A DNA stretch of 64,000 bases. It comes from Octopus sinensis (lineage: Eukaryota). A model generated the notes under the pieces. The model searched no databases. It was not told the DNA's origin and worked only from the letters and a program-made list of their open reading frames with translations. The position numbers and the translations under genes are program-made. Positions 11,612 through 25,100 of this stretch are shown in pieces. Position 1 is the first letter of the stretch; each line of letters starts with the position of its first letter. Location of the stretch: NCBI RefSeq assembly GCF_006345805.1, contig NC_042997.1:73966001-74030000 (forward strand). Reading direction: 5' to 3'.

Positions 11612-12266
11612 ATGTGTGTGTGTGTGCATGTGTGTGTGTGTGTGCATGTGTATAGGCATGTGCAAATGTGTAGCTGTGCATACATGTATGAACCAAAGGC
11701 AAATTAGACTAACATTGAGGAATATATTAACACAATTAAATGTGAATATAGCTGCTGTCCAGAAAGCTTCATCCCAGTTTGTCAGATAGGTGAATACAAA
11801 TCTTTTGTCAGATAAGGAAGGTCTTCATATCACAAATCTTCAAACTGATTGTATAATTCATCAGCTGTGTATTGTATCTCCATTTACATATAGCAAACCA
11901 AACAAGGACTGTTTCAGTAACAGTAAAATACAGCACTATGACAATAAGATTTCAGTTGCAAAAAGACTTCATATCTAGGAGCAGAAATACCAAGATCATC
12001 ACAGAAAAAAATCACTCAGACAACAAAATACAAGTGGTGTTGAAAATCATTGCACACAAAATGTTATTTAGTACTTAGTTGCATGAAAGTATATGAAATC
12101 TGGGCAGAATTAAAATTCATAACTTTTTGGTTAACTATTTGTATTGTATAACATTCTGAAAAAATGGCACAAAAATAAAACAAATATATTCAGATCATAA
12201 GTAGAGATAGTTAGTAATTAAGTGACTATATGGAATAATAAAGGAAATACAAATTAACAGACTTAC

Positions 12267-12402
12267 CAGATAGAATCATTCAAGAAGTCAATTGGCTCTG
12301 AATTTTCATCGAAATGAATATCTATTGTTATACTTGCATTACTGTCATGTGCTGATTGGAAATTGGTAACTGAACGAGTTGGTATTCCCATAGCACGAAG
12401 TA
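12267..12402 (-). CDS. TGM: TGase exon: [45 protein letters not shown](W)
   Basis: Acceptor tttaaacag, donor gtaagt; 136 nt, phase 1 to 2. Confidence 0.95.
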
Positions 12403-15400
12403 CTGTTTAAAAATAAAAGCAAAATTCAGAAATGGAACTATATTGTTTTCACTAAGTGAATTTTATTGACCAAGAGCCTTGCCATGATTTCTGTAATGCT
12501 ATGTGGAAGCCAGTGTATCTTAGAAATGCTTGGTGTCTAAATGACAGGAGACATGAGGAATAAAGCACTTTGAGATAATCAAACACCTTAAGATTATAGA
12601 AATTTTTCACATTATTCCCTTGAATAACATTCTATTGAGAACCAAATCATACTTAAGTACATAATGGTCCACCTCAGTTATAAATCATAAATTATATAAG
12701 CCTCATTTTTCTCTTGATGGTTTGTAACTCATTACAGTTCTGCAGATGGTGATACTGTATGAAGTTCAAGAATGACCATAAAAGAGATTTTACAAATAGC
12801 TTATTCCCCTTATAGACAGGAGACTCACTAAATTTGTCAGGCTAGAGATGATCAGCATGGAAATGTACAAGATTGTCATGCTGGCATGATTTGTATGATT
12901 TGATAGGATCTGGTAAACTAGGTGACAGCATGAGGTTCCAATGTGTGTGTGCATGTGTTATTGTGTGGTGAAAAGGCTTAATTTGCAACCACAAGGCTTC
13001 AGGTTCAGTCACTCTGTGCAGCCTGCTGTGCTAGTACCATCTACTGTAGCAAGCCTTATACAAACAAATGCCCTGTAAGAGGAACTTGTAGACAGAAACT
13101 GTATGGAAGCCCTTCATGTGTGTGTGTGTGTGTCTATGTGTGAATGTTTGGGATGATGGAAATTGAAAGAAGCCCATCATATGCATATATATATGCCAGC
13201 AGCGAAAGCAGATGTTAAATGATGATGATGATGTATGTATGTATGTATGTATGTATGTATGTATGTATGTATCTACGTATGTATATGTATGTGAGTATGT
13301 GTGCTACTATCTCTTTCCTTTCCAATGGTGGTGGTGGTGGTGGTGATGGTGGTGATGTGATGGTGGCAGCGGTGACAACAACTATGACATGATGATATAA
13401 TTCTAAGTTCATTTTTTAGTCATCCACTCTAAACTTTTCTACAACTAATTTTAACAGCTTTTCATAATTAATGCGAATAAATATACTGACTTGAGAATAT
13501 ATCATTATCAGTTTCTTATTCATCCTTCAATAATCTCACAAGTGACATTCTTTTCCTAATTACATTTGGTAATAACCAGATATTGTTCTTATTAACATCT
13601 ATCAGTTATATCAACATTTTATTCTAAGTTACTCTAGAAAAGGTAGCCTTTCAATAAATTAAAGTTTATCTAAGTGCTTGACTTGAGATATTTGACTAAA
13701 ATTTTGGAAAGCAGTGCTCTCGCATGGTTACAGTCAAATGACTGAAATTAGTGAAAAAATATGTTGTGCAAAATGCTCAATAAGAGCTTAATAAAACATT
13801 ATGGATTTCCTCAATCATATGAACACAGTTGTTTTAATAAGTGCACCAGCTTTTACAGATGAAAAATAGTTTTATAGAAGTATAGTAACTGGATCATTAT
13901 TCAAAAGAACATAAGTTCAAACTACACAAGATATTCTTGATGTAAAAATTGTAAAACTTCCTCATCATATGCCAAGTAATTTTGAAATTTGTATATAACT
14001 TGTAAAGTGAATGTACAAGGGTGGACTGGAAAGTTCATAAGCTGACTGTGAGGGGGTGATGCTAGAGCTGTAGAATCTTGCTTGCATTAATTTCACCCCT
14101 TTTTATTAATAACTGCCTCGTTTTGTTTTTGTTTTTTGTTTTTTCACATAAACTGACATTTGACTATTCATAGAAGACTTAAATAGTAACTAGTAGTAAC
14201 TTCTCTTGAAAATGGACAAAATTTTACATTGTGGTGTTATAAAGTACCAGCAAAAAAAGGGTTGCACCCCTAAGGACATTCATACTGACATGATTGCTAT
14301 ATTAGGGAGGGTGTTCAAGCTTTATTAACAGTGCAAAAGTAGGCAGCTAAATTTAGGAGAGGAAGAGAAGGTCTTGAAGATGGCCCAAGGTCTGGACATC
14401 CTACAAATACCAGCACCAAGGAAAACATTGATTGAATTCACCACATGGTAATGGATGAGAGGCAATTGACTATAAACCAAGTAGCCAGTGCTATCAGTCA
14501 GTAAGTCCCATGAGAAAGTTGAGAATATATTCACAATGAACTTGGCATGATGAAGGTTTCTGCTTGGTTGGTGCCAAGTCTTCTGACATATGATCAAATG
14601 TAAACCAGGTTGATTACATCATGGAGAATATCTAACAAAGTTTAAGGCAGATTCAGCTGCTTTTCTTGAATATTTTCTAACCTAGGATGAGTGTTGGGAG
14701 GATCACTTTGAACCAGAGACTAAGAGATAGTTGATGTAGAGGAAACACCCCTCTTCATCCGCTCCAAAGACAGCCACAATCATTTCATCTGCAGGGAAGA
14801 TGATGGTCTCAGTTTTTGGGGATGCAAAAGGCATTATTGTGTTTATTGACTATATCCAAAAGGGAAAGTACTATGCCAACTTGCTAAAGTAGTTACAAAA
14901 GGCTATCAAGACCAAATGTCCAGGAAGGCTGACAAAAGTGGTTTTGTTTCATCAGCACACTTGTGTGCTTCTGCACACAAGTCCTTGGTTTCAATGGCTG
15001 CTGTGCATGACTGTAGCTTTGAACTGGTTGATCACCCTCACTATTTTCCTGATTTGGACCCATCTGACTATCATCTGTTCCCCAACATAAAAAAAACACT
15101 TGGCTGGGAACCAGTATTGCAGTGACAGCATCATATCTGCTGTTGACGACTTTTTTGACCAACAGGATGAAAACTTCTACACCAATGGGATCCAAGCACT
15201 GCAACAGCAATGGAAGAAATGTGTAAACTGCAAGGGGAACTATGTTGAAAAATAAACATCATTAGGTCACATTCCATGAGAGTATCTTGATCAGCCTGTG
15301 AGCTTTTCCACCAACCCTCCTAAACATTTTCTTTTTGAATTAACAACAATAATAAATTTATCTGCAAAATGATTAAACCAAGAAATTCTCACATGTAGTC

Positions 15401-18400
15401 ATTAGCCCTGAGAAAACCCAACACTGTCCATAACGAACAGACTTTGAGGTTTTGGCATACTGTGAGATTATTGCAGTACTTCCACTCCACTCAGAAGGAC
15501 GCGTAGATGGTTCAGGATAATCATTTCCCCACTTGCCCTCAATGAGACCTTCATCTTCATCATTGCTGTTTGTCTAAAAAATGGAAGAAAATAATAGAAA
15601 GGAGTAGAAATTAGAAATAGAGTGATAGCCATTTAAACCATCAAATAGAAAGAGTGAAATATTTATATAAATTATATAAATATATTACGGAGATGTACTT
15701 GCATAGCAAGGGCTGGAACGAAAACAATTGCTGCATGGAAGGTATTTAGAAACCATTCAAGAAATACACAAAAACCATTAGATTCACTTCAACATTTAAA
15801 TTTAATTTGCCAAAATATTTTCGTCACTTTGAGACCATGACCTGTTCACTGACATGAAATATTATCATTATATTATTTAAAATTTTTAAATTTAGGTCTG
15901 GTAATAAAATCCTTTTTTTTTCACACATTCCATAATTTTGTCTTGTATGATTTAAAGATTTTTTTTATGATTGTCTACACTTATTTCAGGTAACCGTGCA
16001 CTACTATAAAAGTGAAATAACATTAAATCAATGCTGCACATGCATGTATGTATGGAAGTATACTATAGTTCTTAACAACAGATATAGCATCAAGTAAATT
16101 TAGCAGGATCAATTATTTCTACTAGTTACTCTCAACAAATTTCAATTTACATGTTATCATCTCTTCTTCTCTTCTATTAATAAAAAGTTTTACATCAAAT
16201 TTTTCATATAGGCATTAGTGTGATAATTTTTGTTGAAAAGTAATGTTTCATAACTGGATACCCTTCCTAGTTGTAATTGCCTAAACAACATTCTCTTTCT
16301 TTACTTTCTTTATTCAAGCTTTACATAAATGAAAGAGGAAGAACTGATAATCATTTACCATAGCAGTAAGGCAACGAATGACTGTCACAGGGTCTCTCTT
16401 GGCTGCAGCAGAAAGACCTCCTTTATCCAGCAGAAGCAAAGCTACATCAAGGCAGGGTTCTTGAAACTAAAAATTACAAGAAAAAAGAATAAAGATATTT
16501 GATGAGGAACATATAATTTAAAATACTAGAATTTAATTTACTAATGAAATCATTCTACAAACACAATCTGAATTGAGTGTTACACAATGAAAGTCTGAAG
16601 CAATTTCACATACAAATGTAATATTCCTTTTCTTTTTTATCTTTTTACTTGTTTCGGTGATTAAACTGCAGCCATGCGAGGGCACCACCTTCAAGAAATT
16701 TTAGTCGAATGAATTGTCCTCAGTGCTTTATTGTTTTTAGCCTGATGTTTATTCTGTTGATCTCTTTTGCTGAACCCACAAAGTTACAGGGGTATAAACA
16801 CATCAACACTGATTGTCAAACAGTGGTGAGGAACAAACGCAGATACAAAGACACACACATATATACACACATATATATGATGGGCTTCTTTCCATTTCTG
16901 TCTACCAAATCCACTCACAAGGCTTTGGTCAGCTTGAGGCTACAGTGGAAGACACTTGCCCAAACTCAGAACCATGTGGTTAGGAAGTAAGCTTCTTACC
17001 ACATTGCCAAGCAATATAACAACTAAAAATAATTTTTGTTAGCTTTTGATACTCAATTCGAAATTTGCCCAATGTATCACTTCAGGAAAATAAGTCTTAC
17101 CAGATTGTCTTAACCTAAGCACATTACAAGACAACTTCAATCAGTCTCTCTACAATAAAATGATTGGTAACAGCTCTTTGGATTATAAGGGCTTACAAAT
17201 GTAGTAACAAATAGGATTAGAATAGATAGTATAGTTAAATTAACTTACTTCCCTCTAAAAGCTACCCCTTCACTACAGTTGTAACAAATAAGAAGCTTCA
17301 ATTAAATAAGATGTTTTTTTTTAATCTGGAAAAAGTGTTTAATGCTGATAAGCTAATTCTTAAAAATAATTCTAATATATGTATTTATGTTTATTGCACA
17401 AATGTTAGTAATTTAGAAGAATCTACAAACTCAAGCAAAGATCCAGCTGTGTCTCTTATTTATTAAGAAACTATCCCTAAAATTTTGGTTTATAAAATTT
17501 TGAAAATTTTAAAACTGATTTGTGAACTTTTGACCTTTATAAATCAACAGCTAAAATTTAAATGTAAATGATATTAGACTAATTAATAAGACCAATAAAT
17601 TACAACTTAAGGCAAAGAACAACAGGTCCAATTACATTACAGAGGAAGGAGAGGTTTTCTACAGTGTGACAAACAACAACATTATACAAAAAACATTTGT
17701 TCTTGTCCTGTTACTGAGCCTGAAACATCAAGCCTGCTTAGTATTTAGATGGACTATTCCTTCAGAAGCCCAACTGCTGTGAGCATCAAACAAGAGCTCA
17801 CAGAGGAGGCTGATTAGTTAAGTTTGTTTTGCAATTATGAGCTCCCAGATATGGGTGGGCATAAACTGTATGGAAGCCCATCATATAGAGTGTAACTGTA
17901 ATTCAAAGGCAAGTCTAGTCACATACTGTGCTAATCCTGTCTGAGAATTACATTAATGATGCACATGTCTGTTGGACACTCATTTATGTATTAATTCTGT
18001 GAATAGTTCATTGAACTACTGGAATATTCATTATCAAAACTTTATCAAAAACATTATCAAAAGAAATTTGTTTACTTTTTTAATCAGTAACAGTTGCCCA
18101 CTAAGCAATGAATATAAAGTACAAATTCTTTTAGTAGGTTTAGCAACAATTTTCTCTCACTTAAATCATTGTATAATTACTATATTTCGATGAAAGCAAA
18201 AGAAACTAAGAAAGAAAGTGAAAGAAGCTAAGAAAATAATTTTAACATCATTAAACAGTAATCTTTTCTTTCTCCACTATAGCAAAACGAATTTTACAAT
18301 AAAGTTTATGTAAAAAAAAAAATGAATTATGCTTGAAATTTGGAGAGCTGTTTCTAATGATTCTCCGTATCTACTCACCTGTCCAAAATTCCAAGGTCTA

Positions 18401-21400
18401 CCTCGAAAAAATCTTGAAGAACCAACCCAAATTCGTCCTGTTTCATTTAAGATATACTCATCTAGCAGCTTTTCATTTTCCATATATACTGTATCATCTA
18501 TAATCAAGAAAGAAAAGTGAAAGAGAAAAAAATAGTTGCTGTCAATTACACTATTACCAGCTCATAATAGTAGTATCATGGTAATGAGTACCCTGAGAAA
18601 AAAATAACACAGACTGTCCTTATGGGAAGATGGTCTCAAAACAGCAATAGGACCATGATGGAATGCTATTCAGAAGCAAGCCTTCCAAAATAGAACATAG
18701 GAATAATGATGGAAAACTGTTTAACCATAGACATTGCATGCCCTAATGATGAGAAAATATCAGAAAGAAAAGAGAAGAAGGCCAGATATATGATAATTTG
18801 AATGCAAGATAAAAGGGCTGTGGCCATTGAAGAAGGAGAGTGTTGTGCATATTATTGTTGCTGGAGCCCTGAGAACTATAAGTATGAAATTCACAAACTT
18901 GACTGAAAAGAACAGAGTAAATATGAAAATATGTGCACAAAAAATAGCATTGATTGGAACTGCATGAATCTTCCACAGAGTTCTTGAGACCTGAATAAAA
19001 AGTGTTATTAATCCACTGGGTGTGGACAGTCGACACTTTGTTACATACTTCAGGAAAGGTTCTGTGTTAAACAATGATAATAGTAAAATAAATAGTAGTA
19101 TAATATATATTTATAAATACAACTTACCTTTACACCAAGGGTTGAAGAGCATAATAAAATTTTCCCCGTGCAAATATCTTTCAACCTCATCATCTTTTTC
19201 ATCTGCATTTTTGGTCTCTACAAAAATCAAGTAGTTTCCGACTGAAGAATTCACTGAAGGGCTTACTTCCACCTGAATAGTTTCTCCCTCAATACTCAGA
19301 CATTTAACAATCCACTTGTTACGCTTCACCTTATTCAAAGCACGTGGTCTCAAATCTTCAAACAATTTTAATCTTATTAGAGTCCCTTTGCTCTCCTGTG
19401 GTTTTTCACCTTTGGAATAAAAGAAAGAAACAAAAATGCATATTGTAATATCATCATCATTATCATCATAGTTCTATATTGAAGAGATGAGGAATTATGT
19501 ACATAATTTACAATTGACAGATATTTGTCCTCATCTTGTTTGTTGTTAACACAACGTTTGGGCTGATATACCCTCCAGCCTTCTTCAGGTGTCTTGGGGG
19601 AAATTTCAAATCTGGATTCTCATTCCTAAGGTATTTTTCGGGGTTGTTATTATTATTCTTATTATTATTATTCAGGTCACTGCCTGGAATCAAACTTGGA
19701 ATCTTGGAGTTAGTAGCCCGCGCTCTTAACCACTATGCCATATGCCCATGGGCAATTATGGAGTTAATTTTAGGGCTTATAAATCTAATATTCTCCTATC
19801 CTTCCTTAATACTGGCTCCTATATGCTGTTCATATCTGCACTCAGTCTGCTTAGGAGGTTGTTGTGTCCTAGCATATGTGCTGCTTCTTTTAGTTTTTGC
19901 ATTTTCCAGTGGTGTTCTCTGTCTATTATTTTAACTTCATCCCACAGGGGAAGGTTGTCTCCATTTTTCCATTCATGATCAGCTATACCTGATTTATCAA
20001 TATCTCCCCGAGTCACAGCTTTGCAATGTTCCTTTACCCTTCTTTTGAGGGGACGACATGTTTTGCCTACCACAGCTGCATGGGATGGAGTACACACAGT
20101 TCTTAGTCATATTCTCTTGTATTAGTGGTTTTACTCGAAGGATATATTTGCGAAGTGTTGTATTACTTTTGAATACTGTCCCAATGTCATATGGCCCACA
20201 TATGACAGCACTATGAATTCAAAACCTCTACATATTGTTGTTATTATGCAAAAGTGTCATAAGTCCAAAATGCTGCTTTTTCAGAAATCAAAAACGTAGT
20301 TTCACCATTCCATAGCAAAACTGTTGTACTACACTTTGACAGTTTTTGATATCTTGGTATCTGAAGTAGCTGAAGATATGATAGTTTGACCAAAAGAACC
20401 AGCTGTTGTAAGCAAAAATAAATATTGAAAAGAAATGCATTTGGCCAAATTTGGTCATATGACAGTTGAACATAATAGCAACGATATATTCTTTTGTGTA
20501 CCTGAACAGAACACTAATATACATTGCATGGCTTAAACTAGATATCACAGGTAAGTACTTAATCATTTGAAAATGTTACTTCTGATAAGCTGGAAGTTTA
20601 TCTCCAATCCTCTGTACTCCATGAAATCAGAAAAGAATACTAGCTTATGAGACAATCCCCAGGATCTGAGAGATAGCCGTCATTTCCTTATTTTTTCAGC
20701 CAGTATAAGTGCTATAATGTTTTGTAGCAAAGTATAGCACTGTTTCTCTCAATTCTGTGTCATCTTGTTTGCAAAATCAAACATCAAGAGATAATATGCT
20801 CAAGAAACAAAGGTCATTGTAGAAATAGCAGAAAAGGCACAGTGAGGCAACAATGTACCCATGAGATAGAGATTGATGTGTGATGGTGAGGATTTCAGTG
20901 ACAAGCTAATCAGTAAGTTGATAAAGAGATGTGGGAGGTGGTCTAGGATGTGTGTATGTAGCAGCAACATCATCCCAGATGTGGATGCAGTATTCAACAA
21001 CTACTGTAAGCTGAAGTATATCTTGGCCCTGGGATACAGTTTTCACTTTATTTATATGAGATTATCAGTGATTGTTTAATCTAGTATTTGTTCAAACCTT
21101 CAAAATTATAGTTGTGTATTATCTGCAATTAGTGTTTCTTTAATAGTATAGTGATTGCATTTCTATGTTGTTAAAGGAGGTAAGATTGCTATAAGATCAT
21201 AAAAGGCCACTTATGCTTTATGGAGATATTGTTTGTTTGAAGAATGTTAATGAGCACAAATGGTATCATTTGCATATAAGTGTGAATTATTGGAAATCAT
21301 GGCAAGGTTATTCATGTGCAGAAGAAACTGTTAACATTCTGACACCAGAGTTAACAGAGTTTTGGCCAGAGAGGGACCATTAGTAAATGCTACAGTCTAA

Positions 21401-22951
21401 GAAATAGCTTCTAATGCAAGAACCCTCTCAGAGTCATCTCTGCCCTGTAATGGTTGCTACTAATTCAGAAAAGCCAAGGTTTTTGGAGATGCTTTTGATT
21501 TCACCTATGACTGCAGATGTCATGTCACTCATGAACTTGTTTTCCGTTGATTGGTAATAATTTGCAAAATTAATGAATGAGAAAGTATTTAAGGAAGGAA
21601 TATGTGCAACAGGAAGAGTTCTTAGCAATTAGAAGGAAGATTGAAGTGTTGGGGGAAAAGTGAACAACAAAAACAACTGAGGGGCAGAATAAATTCAAAC
21701 AGTGTATATATGTTGGTAAGAGACAGTTTCTATGGAATGTGGGGAGATTCTGGGGAAAGGACCAAAATATACTAAAAGTTTTGCATTTGGTTTGGGATAA
21801 AGTGACATGCCAGAAGTAAATCTGAATTTTGAATGTACGACCAGTGGATAGAACACATTAATAAATAGAGTATATATGCTGGAAATATTTCACACTGTGT
21901 GACTACAATTTACCACCTCAATCAGTGATGGTACTATAAACCTGACATAATTTATCTGTGTGGATAAATCTTGAAAAGTATTGAACTCCACTAGGAATCA
22001 GCTGCTCTACATATACTGTATGAACATAAAAATTTCAAGAATACCTATGACTTCATAGGTTAAGAGATCCATCCTCATTATAACTATAAAAAGAATTATC
22101 AGGTGATATTTTTAGTGTCTTAAATAAGGCTGTAGTTACTATATTTTCTCCAATAATTCTTAGGAAAATATGATACATACCTCACAACTCTGCATATCAA
22201 AACATTAGGTAGTCCCTTAATATTTACAACCATGATTTGAACTCTCTCATTTTACCTACTTAAAACTGAGTCAGTGAGAATGTGGGGCTTATATACAGGC
22301 AAAATTCTTGAAACAAAACAGAAACTTTCCATGAAATGCATACTGTGAGAATCATTTAACCAAAATTTCTACATTGTGTATTCCACAGTAGTAAATAAGA
22401 GGGAGTTTGAAAACATGAACCAGCTTCATTTGTCAGTTAAACCTACTTCAATTCACATCTCATTTCTCTTGCCTTCAACATATTGATTTTGTGCCTACTA
22501 AAGAAAGCAATATTTCAATACAATATACAAAATAAAGAAAATATATAATAATAGCAGGACTGAATGTAATGGTGGTCAGTTGTATCATGGCCAACACTTT
22601 CTTTAATTTGTTTTCCTGAGAATTCTGGATGTGTGTCTTCCCTTATGTTCAAAACAACAGATATATCTTTGTACACTCTCAAATTAATGTAGTTATTGAT
22701 TTTGTTTATTAAAAAGTTTATGGAAGAAAAAACATAGAAAGCACACTATAAAAGAAGTGTTTACTTACCAACAGAAAACTGAAGGACAATATCATCAATT
22801 TCTTTTATGACTTTGCGATGAAAGGTTAAGCCCAGGATAAAAGAACTTCCTCTTCGAACAATAAGAGTCTTTTGGTCAAATTCATCTGTATGGTGTGACT
22901 TCCGATTTGACTCAGGGTGTAAATTTAAAGAAAGAAGCTTCAGTGTCTCCT
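12267..22951 (-). CDS. TGM: Transglutaminase (protein-glutamine gamma-glutamyltransferase) gene, partial; six confident exons, 3' part outside the window
   Basis: Exons splice in frame with GT-AG sites and matching phases and give the TGase N-terminal domain and the start of the catalytic core (HHT..VRRG; GEKP..SKGT; LFNPWC; LNETGRIW...RPWNFGQF; RDPV; YGQCWVFSG; [19 protein letters not shown]). The symbol is family-level only. Confidence 0.95.
14016..15320 (+). mobile_element. Full-length decayed mariner transposon in a TGase intron
   Basis: ~1.3 kb, flanked by TA, diverged TIRs (caagggtggactggaaagttcataagctga / tcagcctgtgagcttttccaccaaccctcc) and transposase remnants ([21 protein letters not shown]). 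Confidence 0.85.
15393..15573 (-). CDS. TGM: TGase catalytic-cysteine exon: [16 protein letters not shown]...[15 protein letters not shown]
   Basis: Acceptor atttttttag-type, donor gtgaga; 181 nt, phase 0 to 1; GQCWVF active-site motif. Not in the ORF track. Confidence 0.95.
15683..15856 (-). mobile_element. Fragment of the 2894-3540 PLE-derived family
   Basis: Collinear with the reverse complement of about 3175-3370 (attacggagatgtact...caaaatattttcgtc...cctgttcactgaca). Confidence 0.75.
15808..15854 (-). ncRNA. Hammerhead-like motif, G3:C8 variant, sense to the TGase pre-mRNA
   Basis: Minus strand reads UGUCA GUGAACA G GUCAU ggucucaaa GUGAC GAAA AUA UUU UGGCA; stem II covaries relative to the 3179 copy. 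Confidence 0.6.
16359..16466 (-). CDS. TGM: TGase exon: [36 protein letters not shown]
   Basis: Acceptor atttttag, donor gtaaat; 108 nt, phase 0 to 0. Not in the ORF track. Confidence 0.92.
16645..17008 (-). mobile_element. tRNA-derived SINE copy
   Basis: Reverse complement of the 7341-7727 family. Confidence 0.7.
18379..18497 (-). CDS. TGM: TGase exon: [40 protein letters not shown]
   Basis: Acceptor ttgattatag, donor gtgagt; 119 nt, phase 1 to 0. Confidence 0.95.
18590..19000 (+). mobile_element. 3' fragment of a restriction-like-endonuclease (R4/Dong-like) non-LTR retrotransposon
   Basis: Manual translation gives [21 protein letters not shown] and, after a frameshift, IIVAGAL...QKIALIGTA, typical of RLE C-termini. 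Confidence 0.55.
19128..19409 (-). CDS. TGM: TGase exon: [19 protein letters not shown]...[12 protein letters not shown]
   Basis: Acceptor ttattccaaag, donor gtaagt; 282 nt, phase 1 to 1. Confidence 0.95.
19470..20100 (-). mobile_element. PLE 3' fragment (GIY-YIG C-terminus + pseudo-LTR)
   Basis: ORF 19819-20097: [15 protein letters not shown]...KSGIADHEW...KLKEAAH. The 3' end matches 59685-59850. Confidence 0.85.
19549..19592 (-). ncRNA. Decayed minimal hammerhead (G12 mutated to C)
   Basis: Minus strand reads ACAC CUGAAGA A GGCUG gaggguauau CAGCC CAAA CG UU GUGU. Confidence 0.55.
22769..22951 (-). CDS. TGM: TGase exon: [61 protein letters not shown](G)
   Basis: Acceptor tttcaatag, donor gtaagt; 183 nt, phase 1 to 1; HHT and VRRG motifs. 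Confidence 0.9.
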
Positions 22952-22989
22952 CTATTGAAATTAGATCAAATAAAAAAAAAGTTAAATAT

Positions 22990-23370
22990 ATAGGGTGCAT
23001 AAGGTATTTGAGGACATAGCTTTTTTGGATTATTGCTGCATTTTTTGCTAACTCTGTATAATCTTTCAGAAAAATAATAATGGCAGACTTTCAGCTCACT
23101 CAAGAAATGAAGAGGTATGCTGTTATTGTGGTTATAAAAGCTGAGCATAGTGATTTAGAAATATTTCAATTTTTAAAAGTTGCCAGATCTTTCATCTACA
23201 AAGTTTGTAAGGAGTTAGAAACTGAAGATGGAAACATATCACCAGTATCAAAGGATAAAAAGCATTCTAAATGCTCTGAAATCATTAGAACTCTTGAATT
23301 TATCCAGCAAGTTCAACAGACTATTGGTTAAGGTCACAGAAACTCCATGAGGTCAATTGCAAAAGAATCG
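22990..23370 (+). mobile_element. Tc1/mariner-superfamily transposon 5' fragment, interrupted by a LINE
   Basis: ORF 23080-23331 resembles a transposase N-terminal HTH (EMKRYAVIV...SDLEI..FLKVARSFIYKV) and continues into MRSIAK. Confidence 0.6.
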
Positions 23371-23374
23371 ACAA

Positions 23375-25100
23375 CCTCAAGTAACTTACACTTAACAAAA
23401 ATTTCAGCGGGGTTACAAACAGCATCACATGCAGGTTGATGCATTACAACTGGGGTTTTTTTCAAGTTGATGGTCAAGCCAAAATCATCAGATACAAGAG
23501 ATTGCAGACCTTTTTCAGAATGACTGACAAGATCGCAATCATCAGCGTACAAAAGTTCTCTGATGAGTGAAGTAAAACCTTCGTTTTTGAATTTCAGTCT
23601 GGTCAGATTAAAAACATTCCCTGTTGTTCGATATTTTATGTGTAAATACCCTCCTTAGAGTTTTAAAAAGTATGTGACAACACAACAGCAAAATATATTG
23701 CAAAGAGGGTGGGTGCAGTAAGGTTTCCTAGCTTTACTCTATTTTCCACGGTAAAAGATTCAGAAAGCCTACCACCAAAATTAACTCTGGCTTTCATATC
23801 TTGATGCAAAGCCCTGATCATGTTTACAAATTTTTCTGGGCAACCTAGTTTCCTTAGAATTAGCCACAGAGCATTTTGATTAACAGCATCGAATGCCTTG
23901 CTCCAATCAACAAAGCAATGGTATAGAGCAAGATTCTGTTCAGTGCACTTTTCTTGTAATTATCTGACAGTAAAGATACAATCAGCTGTACCCCTGGAGG
24001 AACGAAAACCACACTGAGACTCAGGCACTATATTTGAAACTATATAGGTATTTAAATGTCCTAACAAAATGAGGGCAAGTACCTTTACAACCACAGACAA
24101 AAGTGAAATCCCACGAAAATTACCGCACATATCTTTTGGCCCCGATTTATACAATGAAATTAAAATGGCATCAGTCCAGCCTTGTGGAACTTTCTCAGCT
24201 CTCCAACAGTGACAAATTAATATATTTAAGTGTTCAAACATTTTGTCATACACACACACCCATATTTCAAGACTTTTGCAGATTCCATCAGACCCTGGAG
24301 AATTATTGTTATTCAGCTTATTCACAGCTTAATAAATGTCATTTAGAGCAGGTTCAAATGCCATCTCTTCTATAACTGAAAGGTGTTCAATTTTTTCTGT
24401 CGTCCTTATATGTCAACGGATGATGGTCTATTCAAAAGTGTAGAAAAATGTTCTACCCAGCACTTATGGATAGAAGCAGTATCAGTCAGAAGCAAACGTC
24501 CATTTGCTGCTCCAACTGGAGCGATTGAAGAAAGTTTTAGGCCATATACCTCCTTAACATAAGAGTACAAACCCTTGGCATTATTTTTATCAGCTGCTTC
24601 TTGTGCCCCTTTTGCTCTATCATTCCATCATTCCTGTTTAATTTTCCTTAGAGCACTTTCCTTTTCAGCTTTCTGTAAGCTTCGTTTAAGTTGGCGTTCA
24701 AGGACCGAGAAAAGAAGTGTATTGCCTAAGTTATGTTTCTCTAAAAGTAGATCATGAATTTCTGCTGATCTATCTGACTACCAGTCACTGGACGTACATG
24801 ATTTAAATCCCACTGACGAACTTGCAGCCTGAAATACTTTTGTTTTAAAATCTTCCCATACTAGCTATCATATAAATTTCCTTAGCGAGAACTAAGTCTG
24901 GCTGACCAGCTGGAACATTGGTCAGAGGGGGAAATGAAGTTTACTGTCAGCAACTGTGAAACAACACCCTACAATCCTCTCTAGCTCTAATCCTGTTCTG
25001 TTATAACATCATTCTATCTCTCTCTGTATTTACTACTAAACAATGAAGGGGACACAAACACAAACTTTACTTCGCATGCTTTTGGATTTATCATAACCTG
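23375..25100 (-). mobile_element. Decayed RTE (BovB-like) LINE
   Basis: ORF 23960-24325: SPGSDG...NFRGISLLS...PESQCGFRSSRGTADCIF; YADD in ORF 23334-23552. Ends approximate. Confidence 0.85.

Noticed and set aside
1-12266. Next TGase exon (expected W-NFHVWNE...GWQ..D.TPQE)
   Set aside because: Searched by eye on the minus strand and not found; presumed to lie beyond the left edge.
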